Shown: positions 27,377-36,880 of the stretch, piece by piece
Layout: each line of letters starts with the position of its first letter
Position numbering within the stretch: the stretch's first letter is position 1
Source of the DNA: Myxococcales bacterium
GTDB taxonomy: Bacteria > Myxococcota_A > Polyangia > Fen-1088
Direction: 5' to 3'
DNA: 64,000 nucleotides
Assembly (NCBI GenBank): GCA_022184915.1
Contig: JAGTJU010000008.1
Span: 6,760-70,759 of the forward strand
The notes under the pieces: generated by a model
Databases searched by the model: none
The model's input: only the letters and a program-made list of their open reading frames with translations
Told to the model about the DNA's origin: nothing
Made by a program: the position numbers and the translations under genes

Positions 27377-28707
27377 GGGGCTGCCGCGAAAAAAGTCGAT
27401 CGTCTCGTCATGTCGGTACGGTCGGGTGGATGGTGTAGTTCCACTCGCCGTGGAAGACGTTGGGATCGAGATTCACGAGTGCGAGGTCCTTGTCCGAGAC
27501 GCGGCGACCCTTGGCGTAAGTGCGACTGTCGACTCGGCTCTTCACGAGCAGTCCGGTCGTCGTCGTCGTCGCTGCGATTAGATTGACGATGACTTGATGG
27601 GTGACCAGAGGCTTTCCGCGCCAGTTCTGGGTGATGAAGGAAAACAAGCGGTGCTCGATCTTGTTCCACTTGCTCGTTCCCGGAGGCAGATGACAGACGG
27701 TGATGGGGAAGCGCAGGTCGTCGACGAGCTTTTGTAGCTCGAGCTTCCATAGGCGCAGCCTATAGCCGTTGCTTCCACCTCCGTCCGCCGTGATCACGAG
27801 CGAGGTCGCGTTTGGATACCTCGAGGCGCCCATCTCGCTCCACCAGGTGCGGATGCTCTGCACCGCGAATTCCCCCGTGTCGTGGCTCACGCCAACGCTG
27901 ACCCACGCCTCGTTCTTCTGGAGGTCGTAGATGCCGTACGGTGTGGCGCGTCCCTTTTCGTCGTCGACGAAGTCGTGCACGTTGACATCGACCGGATCTT
28001 CCTTCCCGCTGAGCTCGCGGCCGCCGTTCTTGTACGGTCCGACAAGCTCTCGTTTCTTCGTGTCCACAGAGATCGCCGGCTCGTTCGTTTCGAGCTGTCG
28101 ACGGAGTGTCTCGTTGATGTGCTCAAACTGAGCGTTTCGATCTGGATGCTGCGCGCCCTCAAGCCGCTTGCGATTCGCCTGGAGACTGTAGCCGAGCTCC
28201 TTGAGCAGTCTTGAGACCATCTTCATGCTCGTTTGGTGCCCCTGCTTCTTGAGCGCCTCCACGAGATTGCGCTGGCTACGAGCTGTCCACAGAAGCGGCG
28301 ACTCGGGATCTCCGCGTGTCGTCGATTCTACAAGCTTCTTCAGATCCGGAATCAATCTCGGATCCTTCTCGGTTGCCTTCTTGCGCCCGGCGCCTGGTCG
28401 ACGGCTTCGCGTTGGCGGTAAATGCCTCGCCGTCCCGTTTTCGATCGCCCGTACTTCGGCGATCCCGCGCCCCACCACGCTCGGTGCCATACCCGTCGCA
28501 CGAGATGCAGCGACAATGCCGCCGTAGCCAAAAGCGATCGCCTCGTTCGCCACGAATAGCCGCCGAGCTCTCTCTGTCAGACTCCCCTTTATCTTGCCGT
28601 AGCGATCCCGTATCTCGGATTCACGCCGCGATCGTTCCTTGGTCATGCACCTCCAATGGAGATCCTCCTCGCAGATAAAGTCAACCTATTTATTTCGCGG
28701 CAGGCCC
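27377..28707 (-). mobile_element. ISAzo13-family insertion sequence, copy 1 (1331 bp)
   Basis: Terminal inverted repeats GGGGCTGCCGCGAAAAAAGTCGATCG / (rc) GGGCCTGCCGCGAAATAAATAGGTTGAC. It contains a single 412-aa DDE transposase gene. Identical in length and ORF to the copy at 41814-43144. Confidence 0.75.
27408..28646 (-). CDS. ISAzo13-family (DDE_Tnp_ISAZ013-type) transposase
   Basis: 412 aa. N-terminus MTKERSRRESEIRDRYGKIKGSLTERARRLFVANEAIAFGYGGI… and a DDE region. 100 % identical to the protein of ORF 41875-43113. Confidence 0.75.
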   Translation of the reverse strand: MTKERSRRESEIRDRYGKIKGSLTERARRLFVANEAIAFGYGGIVAASRATGMAPSVVGRGIAEVRAIENGTARHLPPTRSRRPGAGRKKATEKDPRLIPDLKKLVESTTRGDPESPLLWTARSQRNLVEALKKQGHQTSMKMVSRLLKELGYSLQANRKRLEGAQHPDRNAQFEHINETLRRQLETNEPAISVDTKKRELVGPYKNGGRELSGKEDPVDVNVHDFVDDEKGRATPYGIYDLQKNEAWVSVGVSHDTGEFAVQSIRTWWSEMGASRYPNATSLVITADGGGSNGYRLRLWKLELQKLVDDLRFPITVCHLPPGTSKWNKIEHRLFSFITQNWRGKPLVTHQVIVNLIAATTTTTGLLVKSRVDSRTYAKGRRVSDKDLALVNLDPNVFHGEWNYTIHPTVPT

Positions 28708-28744
28708 TAACGTAAGCCGCCTTGCGCCCTAAGCTTGCTGCCGG
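28708..28744 (-). repeat. repeat-family copy E (inverted, 5' 37 bp only)
   Basis: The reverse complement is CCGGCAGCAAGCTTAGGGCGCAAGGCGGCTTACGTTAG. Together with copy D it forms an inverted pair around the IS. Confidence 0.7.
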
Positions 28745-28848
28745 CTCTACGAAATCGTGCAGCGCCGCAAAGAATTGTCGCTGCGCTGGATTGCCGCCCA
28801 CTCGGGCAACCGTTGGAACGAATACGCCGACGCGCTGGCCACGGCCTA
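28730..28848 (+). pseudogene. 3' fragment of an RNase H (rnhA-like) gene
   Basis: YEIVQRRKELSLRWIAAHSGNRWNEYADALATAYRRSVR* resembles the RNase HI C-terminus (…W.KGHAG…NE.AD.LA). No upstream body is present. Confidence 0.4.
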
Positions 28849-29128
28849 TCGCCGTAGCGTGCGTTGAGACAACCGAGAAGCTTCGCAGTGAGTCAGGCGT
28901 GGCAAGGTAGCCTGTGCTTCGATCCAAGCGAATATGAGAATCAAATTCAATTGCCAAGGCTTTTTGGCGATAGAACTCACGCAGCTCGGCGGTCACGTGG
29001 CGAGGCAAGCAGCGACCATTAGCATCGTCCTGCCAGCTTTGCGGGAAGCTGCCGAGGTGCGCCTGCATCACCTGTTCGTGGTGCCGGGGCTTTATCGGCG
29101 GTCAGGCTCACATGTTCGTCCCAGCCGC

Positions 29129-29500
29129 CTAACGGCCGATCGCAATGATCTGCTCCAGCGTGTCGCAGGCCGCATCGAAGGGCTCCTGTGCAACCCGCTT
29201 TAAGGGATGCGGTTTGGCATTGCGTGCGCGCCAATCGAACGACTTAGGCTGATGCCCCAAAATGTAGCTTGTCACACCCGTCGCGCCCTTGAATCGCACG
29301 GCGAACGGGTTTGTCTCATTGAACGCAGCCGTGGTCATCGGCAATCCTATGACGATCCCGGTGCGCAGGTTGAACTCGCGCGGAGAAAGCACCACAAGAG
29401 GATGAATATCCTTCATTTCTCTTCCCGCCTGCGGATTGCAATCGATCCAAATCATGTCTCGTCTATCCGGACACCAGGACGCTTTGGGCGTAGCCACTAC
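29129..29500 (-). CDS. mazF: MazF/PemK-family toxin (endoribonuclease)
   Basis: Probable GTG start overlapping the antitoxin TAG. RRDMIWIDCNPQAGREMKDIHPLVVLS…GIVIGLPMTT follows the RGDIV.VDF.P..G.E…RPALVLS…PITS MazF pattern. Confidence 0.7.
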   Translation of the reverse strand, partial: VVATPKASWCPDRRDMIWIDCNPQAGREMKDIHPLVVLSPREFNLRTGIVIGLPMTTAAFNETNPFAVRFKGATGVTSYILGHQPKSFDWRARNAKPHPLKRVAQEPFDAACDTLEQIIAIGR

Positions 29501-29757
29501 AATGCTTCTTTCCCGCGTGGCACCGTAGCCATCACCTCGCCCCCGTGTTTGACTGGATCGAAGGCAGCTAGCTTCTGTGCGAGGGTGAGCTTGGCTTTCC
29601 CCAAAGACCGCACCACAACTGTTGATTCTTCCGCAACAACTTCCACTGGCTGGCCAATCTCGAAGTGCGCCGAGCGCGCCACTGCAGCGGGAATCCGAAC
29701 CGCCAAGCTGTTCCCCCACTGCTGGACTGTTGAGGTTGATCGCTTTGCGTTGGCCAT
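29497..29757 (-). CDS. mazE: MazE/AbrB-fold antitoxin
   Basis: 86 aa. VQQWGNSLAVRIPAAVARSAHFEIGQPVEV is the SpoVT/AbrB swapped-hairpin motif. Confidence 0.7.
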   Translation of the reverse strand: MANAKRSTSTVQQWGNSLAVRIPAAVARSAHFEIGQPVEVVAEESTVVVRSLGKAKLTLAQKLAAFDPVKHGGEVMATVPRGKEAL

Positions 29758-29851
29758 GTAGATACAAGTATATACACCAAAGCCGGCCGCGGCAAGGGTC
29801 GCACCTAGATGGGGATAGGACGGACAAACACTGCGTCCTATCGCATCAAAA

Positions 29852-31658
29852 ATGTCAACGCAAAGTAGAAATGTCCGCTTTTCTGCAAGTTAGAAATGTC
29901 CTCCATGCGGCGCGTCAGGGGGTATTAGCGGAGGCGGGGTTTTGGCCACTTGTCCATAGATGCACGGCGGGCACGGCCCATGCCCAGGGCAGGTGGCGAC
30001 GTGCAGCTGTGGGCAAGTGCAGGGCCAAAAGCATGCCGCAGCGGCTGGTGAGCTACGCCAGCCGCTACGGCTACGTGGCGCCGTTGGTGCCCCGGTCCAG
30101 GGGGGGGGTCGACGCCTCGCGGGCTGCGGCTCTGCGGGCGCGTGCGGCTTCGGTGTAGCGACGCTGCTTGGCTTTTTGTTCCCGGTCAAACTCTTGCAAA
30201 TAGCTGGCGAAGGCTTCCGCTGCGCCAGGGTTAATGCCCGTGGGCGTTGGTCCCGCTGATTCAGCCTCCGCGCGTTGGGCACGCAATCGTTCCTTTTGTC
30301 GAAGCGTGAGCTTCTTGGACCTAAGACGGGCTTCATCTCGAACCTGCTGCTGCTGCTGAATGACCGCCAGCGCAGTGCCCAATCGATTGTTCTCGACAAT
30401 CTCACCCTGGTTCACGTGGGGACTCTTGTCGAAGAGTGCAAAGGAAAGCGGCTGGTTGTTGTGGCGCAATTGCACTTGGCCGTCTTTCCACAAGTGCACG
30501 CGCACGGTCTTTCCCGCAAGCTTGCTCGTTTCTGTCGTTGGTTCGACCAGATATGAGTTTCTCTGAAACTGCACCACCAGACTCTGCGACAGCTTTCGGT
30601 CCTCTTGCCACGTGAAGATGAGATTCAAGTCCTCGCCCTCAAGCAAGGGACGGTGGGCATTATGAAGACTGCGAGGAGCACGCTCGAAGCGGTTGTTGTA
30701 GGCGTCCATAAAGGCAGGGACGAAGGCATTCGCATCTTCCGCATTGCTGATACCATGAAGCCGCAGCTCCTTGACCAAACGGTCTTGCAGCGTCTTGTTC
30801 ATGCGCTCTACACGACCTTTGGCCTGCGCTGTGTTCGCACAAATGATGTCTATGTTTAGTTCTCCCAATGCGCGACCATACTGCGTGACACCCTTTGCCG
30901 CACCTGTTGAACCTTCCTGGTTTACTCGGAAGATGCTGTGTTTGTCGCTATAGAAGGCCGCTGGCTTTCCATGCTTCCGTACGTAGCTTGCAGTCGCATC
31001 GAAGTAGTCGAAGGCCGATTCCACTTCCACAAAGCGCAGCTCCATCAGCCTTCCCGTGGCATCGTCGATGAACACCAACAGGGTGCATCTTTGTCCGCGG
31101 CCCTCGAACCATTCGTGATCGCTCCCATCTATCTGAACCAGCTCACCAAGACAGTCCCGCCGTCTTCGCGGCTGGTGGATGCGCGGCCCTCGTTGCGCCC
31201 GCGGCGTCCAGATCTCGGCGCCGATCATCCACTTGCGCAACGTCTCCCGGGATACACGAACGCCATGTAGCTCAGTAAGTTTCTCGTGAGCCAACGTCGG
31301 CCCGAAGTCCCTGTAGCGCTCACTGATGAGACCTACGGCGTACTCTTGCACCACCTCCGGCAACTGACGGTTGCTGGGGCGTCCGCGCTTTCGCGACACG
31401 AGAGCCCGAGGCCCTTGACACCTCATGGACTGGCACAATCGGCGCACCTGGCGCTGACTAAGTCCCAGAACCATGGCGGCTTCTGCTTGCGTCAGCCGCT
31501 TTTCCAACACTCGCTGGACGACCTGCATTCGGTCCATTTCCAGCGCGCTCATCGTGACAAGATCCCTGGCCATTGCGGCCCGAGGCTGCCAGGCAGCGGC
31601 GCCCAAAAGAGGACATTTCTAAGTTGCACAAAGCGGACATTTTCACTTTGCGTCTACA
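29852..31658 (-). mobile_element. IS21-family element (type 2), istA only, no istB
   Basis: Ends are TGTCAACGCAAAGTAGAAATGTCCGC and (rc) TGTAGACGCAAAGTGAAAATGTCCGC. Only ~220 bp remain beyond the istA stop. Fragments of this element also occur at 9203-9394 and 12203-12489. Confidence 0.75.
30071..31606 (-). CDS. istA: IS21-family transposase IstA
   Basis: 511 aa, HTH plus DDE. A paralogue of 9550-11133. Confidence 0.85.
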   Translation of the reverse strand: MGAAAWQPRAAMARDLVTMSALEMDRMQVVQRVLEKRLTQAEAAMVLGLSQRQVRRLCQSMRCQGPRALVSRKRGRPSNRQLPEVVQEYAVGLISERYRDFGPTLAHEKLTELHGVRVSRETLRKWMIGAEIWTPRAQRGPRIHQPRRRRDCLGELVQIDGSDHEWFEGRGQRCTLLVFIDDATGRLMELRFVEVESAFDYFDATASYVRKHGKPAAFYSDKHSIFRVNQEGSTGAAKGVTQYGRALGELNIDIICANTAQAKGRVERMNKTLQDRLVKELRLHGISNAEDANAFVPAFMDAYNNRFERAPRSLHNAHRPLLEGEDLNLIFTWQEDRKLSQSLVVQFQRNSYLVEPTTETSKLAGKTVRVHLWKDGQVQLRHNNQPLSFALFDKSPHVNQGEIVENNRLGTALAVIQQQQQVRDEARLRSKKLTLRQKERLRAQRAEAESAGPTPTGINPGAAEAFASYLQEFDREQKAKQRRYTEAARARRAAAREASTPPLDRGTNGAT

Positions 31659-31728
31659 TCAGAAAGCCCGATAAAATATGTTCTGTCAACTAACGTAAGC
31701 CGCCTTGCGCCCTAAGCTGGCTGCCGGG
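31659..31728 (-). repeat. repeat-family copy F (full ~70 bp)
   Basis: The reverse complement is CCCGGCAGCCAGCTTAGGGCGCAAGGCGGCTTACGTTAGTTGACAGAACATATTTTATCGGGCTTTCTGA. It directly follows the IS21 terminus. Confidence 0.7.
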
Positions 31729-31783
31729 CGCCTCGGCGTCAGACCAGACGGGGTTTTTCTTTTCTTCCGGGCGCAAGATACTC

Positions 31784-34330
31784 ATGGATGCCGAGACTCC
31801 GAATTCTATGACCCCACCGCGCACGTCTGTGCCCTTCGCCGCTGCGCTGGCGCTTGCGTTGACGAGCGGCGCTGCGGCGCTGGGTCACGAGCTGCTGTGG
31901 ACGCGGCGGTTGCTGGATGTCACGGGAAGCAGCGCCGCGTCGGGTACGCGCGTGTTTGGCGCGTTTTTCCTTGGTCTTTCGCTTGGCGCTCTCGTGATCG
32001 CGCGGCACTCTGTCTTCACGAGGCGGCCCTGGCTTTGGCTTGCACTGGCCGAGCTCGCGATCGCCGCGCTCAGCGCTCCTCTACTTTTCCTACCAGAATT
32101 CACAGACTGGATTTGGCCCTGGCTCGGCCGCGCGCCTCTGACGGGCGCGGCGGGAGGGGCCATCAAGCTCCTGGTGTCTATCGTGTTCGTCTGCCCACCC
32201 GCCGTGATGATGGGCACCACGCTGCCGCTGTTGGCCGCTGCCGCGGTGGATGCGCAGCCCAATATGGCACGCCATGGGATTTGGCTCTACGGCGCAAACA
32301 CGGCGGGAGGCGTGCTTGGTCTCATCCTGGTGCTGCTCGTGCTCATGCCCGTGCTAGGGGTGCGGGGCGCGATGACGATGATCCTCCTCAATGCGATCGT
32401 GGCGGGGGTGGCCTTTGGGTTCGCGCGTTCCCGCCCGCGGGCGGCTGCGGCGCGGCCCCTTCCACGCGGCGACGTGGCCGAGGGAACACGCCCCCCTCGT
32501 TGGGTCATCGCGCTGGCGGCCTTTTCGGGCTTCGGAATTCTCGCCGCTGAGGTGATCGCGCTACGCCTCCTCATGCTCCTGGCCACCACTTCCTTGCACG
32601 CTCCGTTCGGGGTGCTGGTCGCTGTGATCCTCGCGCTGGCCGCGGCCGCCTTTGCAACGCCGCTCGTGCGTACGTCCCTGTCCCTGCAGGCGGTGACGGC
32701 GTTCGCGCTGGTTGCCGCGGGCCTGTGCTTCGCGCTTGCGCCCTTTCTCTTCGTCCAAGTGGCGGCCCATCCCGATTGGCTCAGCGCCGCGGGGGCGGGC
32801 GCTTTCGTTGCGCGGTTGGCTCTGCTCACGCTCGCGGTGATCGGCCCTGGCGTGTTGTTTGCGGGAACGGTGTTTCCAAACCTGTTTCGTTTGGCACGTG
32901 GTCGCAACGGTCATGCCTCGGCTCTCGCGTGGTTGCTCGCGGCCAACGGTCTGGGCGGTCTGATTGGCGCCGAAGTGGCGTATCGAGGGCTGTTGCCCTG
33001 GCTCGGACCACACGTCGCGTTGGGCGCTGTCGGGCTGCTCTACGTCGTGGCCGGTGCCTTGATGGCGGCGTTGGCAAAGTCGATGCGGCACGTATTTCTG
33101 GCGGCCCCGGTGCTCGCTGGGGTCGTGGCGCTCGTGTTCGTGCCCTTGAGGAATCTGCCCATCGTGAACCCCCACATGAACTTCGCCATCATCGCGCAGG
33201 AAAGTGGACGTGAGGGCACGCTGGTGGTGGCCGACCACCCGCAGATGGGGCGCCTGATGCTGGTCGACAACCAGTATGTGCTCGGAAGCACGAGCGCTCG
33301 CCACGATCAAGAACGCCAGGCCCACCTCGCGTTGCTGCTGCATCCGCTCCCGCGGCGTGTGGCCTTCATCGGGGTAGCCACTGGCATGACGCCCGGGGCG
33401 GCGCTGATGCATCCCGAGGTGCAAGCCATCGAGGCGATCGAGCTCTCCGAAGTGGTGACACGTATGGCCCGCCAGCACTTCGGCGATGTCAATCATCACG
33501 TGCTGGATCACGAAAAGGTGACGGTAGCCGTTGAGGACGGACGCAGCTATCTGGCCGCTGCACAGGACGCCTTCGACGTCGTTGCGGGGGATCTGTTTTT
33601 GCCGTGGGGCGCGGGGGCGGGAAGCCTTTACAGCCTTGAACACTTTCGCGCCGTCAAGCGTGCCCTTCGGGAGGGAGGGCTGTTTTGCCAGTGGTTGCCG
33701 GCCTACCAGCTGACGAGCGATCAGCTCACCCTCATCATCAACACCTTCCTTCAGGTGTTCCCCGAGGCGGAGCTGTTTCGCGGCGGGTTTCATCCCGACC
33801 GGCCAACGCTTGCGCTGATCGGCCTCAAGGGGCCCGGCCTCGATTGGAACGTTGTGCGCCAGCGCGCCGACGCCTTGCGCGCGCGTGATGACGTCAAGGA
33901 CCCGAGCGTGCGTTCACAAGAGGCCCTGGCGCTGCTTCACCTTGGCCCTGCAGCGCCGCTGGTGCAGCCCGCGACGCCTGTGAACACGCTGGCCAACATG
34001 CTGTTCGAGCGCGATGCCAGCAAGGTCCGTCTTTCCGGGGGCGGCCAGGGACTCTATCTCTACAATCGCAACTGGACCACGTTCCTCGAAGGCCGCTACC
34101 GACATTTGGGCTCGGGCGCGGCTGAACTCACTCGGTCAGAGGCCGTGCGAAGGTGGGCCCGTCTCGGCATCATGCTCACCAACTGGGAGATAGCCCGTCG
34201 CACAGGGCATGCATCGGCCCCGGATCTGCAGCGGCAGATTGCGCAGGCGTTTCCGCGCTCGGTGGCCGCCGACCATGGCGCGGACTGGTCACATTGGCCC
34301 GGACTCGGCCGATGGCAACTCGAGCGCTGA
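31784..34330 (+). CDS. fused polytopic membrane domain + spermidine-synthase-like (aminopropyltransferase-fold) protein
   Basis: 848 aa. About 12 TM helices in the first ~500 aa. The C-terminal HPLPRRVAFIGVATGMTPGAALMHPEVQAIEAIELSEVV…VAVEDGRSYL…DVVAGDLFLPWG… is a SpeE-like SAM-binding fold. Confidence 0.6.
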   Translation: MDAETPNSMTPPRTSVPFAAALALALTSGAAALGHELLWTRRLLDVTGSSAASGTRVFGAFFLGLSLGALVIARHSVFTRRPWLWLALAELAIAALSAPLLFLPEFTDWIWPWLGRAPLTGAAGGAIKLLVSIVFVCPPAVMMGTTLPLLAAAAVDAQPNMARHGIWLYGANTAGGVLGLILVLLVLMPVLGVRGAMTMILLNAIVAGVAFGFARSRPRAAAARPLPRGDVAEGTRPPRWVIALAAFSGFGILAAEVIALRLLMLLATTSLHAPFGVLVAVILALAAAAFATPLVRTSLSLQAVTAFALVAAGLCFALAPFLFVQVAAHPDWLSAAGAGAFVARLALLTLAVIGPGVLFAGTVFPNLFRLARGRNGHASALAWLLAANGLGGLIGAEVAYRGLLPWLGPHVALGAVGLLYVVAGALMAALAKSMRHVFLAAPVLAGVVALVFVPLRNLPIVNPHMNFAIIAQESGREGTLVVADHPQMGRLMLVDNQYVLGSTSARHDQERQAHLALLLHPLPRRVAFIGVATGMTPGAALMHPEVQAIEAIELSEVVTRMARQHFGDVNHHVLDHEKVTVAVEDGRSYLAAAQDAFDVVAGDLFLPWGAGAGSLYSLEHFRAVKRALREGGLFCQWLPAYQLTSDQLTLIINTFLQVFPEAELFRGGFHPDRPTLALIGLKGPGLDWNVVRQRADALRARDDVKDPSVRSQEALALLHLGPAAPLVQPATPVNTLANMLFERDASKVRLSGGGQGLYLYNRNWTTFLEGRYRHLGSGAAELTRSEAVRRWARLGIMLTNWEIARRTGHASAPDLQRQIAQAFPRSVAADHGADWSHWPGLGRWQLER

Positions 34331-34622
34331 GACGGAAGTGGTTCGAGGCGAAGGAGCGACTGCACGCGGCCGAAGTCCCTGTGTCGAACCGTTCTTACGC
34401 AATTGACTTGCAGAATATAAATAAAATGCAGAAATGAATGAGTTGCATTAATTCGGGCTGCGGGCTAGGGTACATGAGCGTCGGGCGGCAGGGGCGGGTC
34501 AGCCAGGGTTCGTGAAAAGTCCGTGGCGGGGTGTGGGGCCACTCCCGGCGCAGTTTCCTTCCCCAGCAGGAGGGGGACCCTCTACGTGTGCGTCCCGGCG
34601 CCGCCCATGGCCGTGATGGCGG

Positions 34623-35244
34623 CTAGCCACCGATTACAAAGCCGAACCGCGCCTGATCAGTGCGGCCATCGGCCAACTCCACGTTCACGGTCGTAAGCCA
34701 GTACCCTGGCATGAACAAATTCACGGGCGCGGCCTGATACTGACCTGACTGAGGCCCCGACGTCACGACGACCGTCGTTCCGGACCCATGTCCATGGTCC
34801 GGCATGCGAGGCACCACCGTAACTCTCGCCCCCTCGGGCCGCGTGCCGTCGATTGGCCTCACGAGCAACGACCACTGGCTTTGTCCCTTCAGGGGTGGCG
34901 GAGGCGTCGCCTCGAGAAGGGTGACCTCAATGAGGCCTCTTTCACCTGTTGCCACCATGCCGGGAACGAAGACCAGCGCCCGCGCGTCGCGTGGGTCCAC
35001 CTGAAGCGGGGGGGGCCGCGTCCCCCGGCGGACTTTGCCCCAGGCCTTCGTCGTTCCTTTCCCCTGCGTCCTCGGTTGGTCCTTGGCCGAGAGGCGCAGG
35101 GCCAGCCGCATCCGTCGGGGAGGGGGCCGGGTCATCGCAGCCGGCCAGGACGAGCAGGGCCCAGAGCGGCGCCAGAGCGAGGAACTCCCCCCGGCGGATG
35201 CGGCTTCCGGGCCTTCCTCTGCGAATCAAGGCGCGCAGCAACAT
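34623..35244 (-). CDS. lipoprotein, reading frame broken at a G/C8 homopolymer (35008-35015)
   Basis: The signal/lipobox MLLRALIRRG…LLVLAGCDD lies in one frame (TGATG-coupled to the upstream cytochrome gene). The conserved-looking body …VFVPGMVATGERGLIEVTLLEAT… lies in the -1 frame. The switch maps to the C8 run. Confidence 0.4.
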
Positions 35245-36122
35245 CAATCCGAGACCTTGATGGTCGCGGCTACGGGTTGCAACTGGGTCCGCACATACTG
35301 GACCGCCCGCTCGATCTCCGCCCGCGAAAACACCTTGTGGTACGGCGACATGTGGGAGAAAGCTGAACCATCGGGCAGGCGACCGATGGACCCGAAGGCT
35401 ACCATGCGCGCCTGTTCCGCGGCAGAACGCTTTTCGAGCCAGTTCGCGATGGTGCGACCGCCGGCCTGCTCCTGCTCGCCGGGCATGAAGTAGACTTTGA
35501 ACTTGGTCAGGTCGACAGCTTGGCCAGACCAATCCGCATGGCAATTCGTGCAGGCGCGGGGCCCGGTCTCGGGCAGCATCGCCTCGTAGACCTCTTTACC
35601 CGTTTTTCCCGCGTCGGCAGGCAACACGACGCAGCTAATCCCGTTGCAGCCATTCGTTCCCGCACAGGTGTGTTCGGTCGTGACGCCGGGATCCCAGTCC
35701 CCGTAGGAAAAGCCCGCGCAGCTGTTGACGCCCGCGCAGGCGGCGTGCACCTGCGTGTAGCCTGCGCGCTGATCACAGGCTTGCTTGATCTCCGCGAAGG
35801 TGCGGGTGCCTTCCGTTTCCAGAGTGACCATGGGTCCCACGGGAGCTGCCGCGTCCGCAGGGGCAGGGGCCGCGTCGGGAAGCGAACAAACTCCCCCATC
35901 GCTTGGCCCGGCATCGGCTTGCGGGGGAGGGCAGGAGCACATCGACGACGCGTCGAGGACCACGGGGTCGGGTTCCATGGTCGCATCGTCACTGCATCCC
36001 AGAGCCCCGACGCCCAGCAAGCCGGTCAGGGCGCTGGTCATCAGGGCACGCGTGGGCGTGCTCGCGACGTTCGAGGGAAGGGCCGGTGCGATGAGGCTGA
36101 AGAGGCGAGCTCTACGGGACAT
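35244..36122 (-). CDS. lipoprotein with a single CxxCH haem-c-binding motif (cytochrome-c-like)
   Basis: Lipobox LLGVGALGCSDD, Cys-rich, with CTNCH at about residue 205. Confidence 0.5.
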   Translation of the reverse strand: MSRRARLFSLIAPALPSNVASTPTRALMTSALTGLLGVGALGCSDDATMEPDPVVLDASSMCSCPPPQADAGPSDGGVCSLPDAAPAPADAAAPVGPMVTLETEGTRTFAEIKQACDQRAGYTQVHAACAGVNSCAGFSYGDWDPGVTTEHTCAGTNGCNGISCVVLPADAGKTGKEVYEAMLPETGPRACTNCHADWSGQAVDLTKFKVYFMPGEQEQAGGRTIANWLEKRSAAEQARMVAFGSIGRLPDGSAFSHMSPYHKVFSRAEIERAVQYVRTQLQPVAATIKVSD

Positions 36123-36253
36123 GGTTTCCTCTGTAGTCGTTGACGGCCCGGAAGGCCCAAGTTACGTGAAGTGCGCATCCTCTCCGCGATGGCGGTTCGT
36201 GGGAATGCGACACTTTGTCGCAGGGAGCTTTTTCCGCTGCGGATCGTAGGAAC

Positions 36254-36880
36254 TCACTTCAAGATGGCGCGCATGTCTCGAAAACCCGCCGTATCGGGCG
36301 GAGACACATCGAACCCCTCGGTCCCGATATCGACCGAAACCGTGTGGTTAGCCCCCGCGCCGTTGCGATCGGTGAGCTCCATTCTCAGTGCGTAACCCCC
36401 TGCAGCGATCTCACACCCGTGCAAATCCCGAAGGTCCCAAACAACCTCGTGAACCGTGTGTCCCGTCAAGGTAGCACCCGTGATGGCATCCACCTCGTTG
36501 CCCCCCGAGACGGCGAGCCAGGCCGAGAGCCACTTGGCGCGCACGTTGCCCCACGAAGCGAGCGTACGGACGAACTGCCCTTGGCTCGTCTCCATCCAAA
36601 TGGCGCCCACGTTCTTGGGTGCGAAGCGGCCTCCCAGGGGAGCCGTGCGGACCGTGAAGGTGAGCGTGCGTTCAGATCGTGGAACCGCGCACGCCGGATT
36701 GTTGTCCGGAGCGTCCGCAGACCCTGCATCTCGGACGAACAGCTCGGTAGGCAGGGTAAGCGCGTCGGTGTCAAGGAAGTCTTTGGCTGGGTCTGTCGGG
36801 TAGCAGGCCGTGAGGCAAACCAGGACGAGAGCCGAAAGCCACGACGCGCGAGCGGGTGCGCCCTGTTTCTGGGTTCGTTC
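36254..36880 (-). CDS. lipoprotein, hypothetical (start codon not identified)
   Basis: The C-terminal ~200 aa of ORF 36254-37999 are protein-like (signal …WLSALVLVCLTACYP, then a beta-rich domain ending DMRAILK). The upstream 380 aa of that ORF are an antisense artefact. No ATG is present near the signal peptide. Confidence 0.4.
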   Translation of the reverse strand, partial: ERTQKQGAPARASWLSALVLVCLTACYPTDPAKDFLDTDALTLPTELFVRDAGSADAPDNNPACAVPRSERTLTFTVRTAPLGGRFAPKNVGAIWMETSQGQFVRTLASWGNVRAKWLSAWLAVSGGNEVDAITGATLTGHTVHEVVWDLRDLHGCEIAAGGYALRMELTDRNGAGANHTVSVDIGTEGFDVSPPDTAGFRDMRAILK

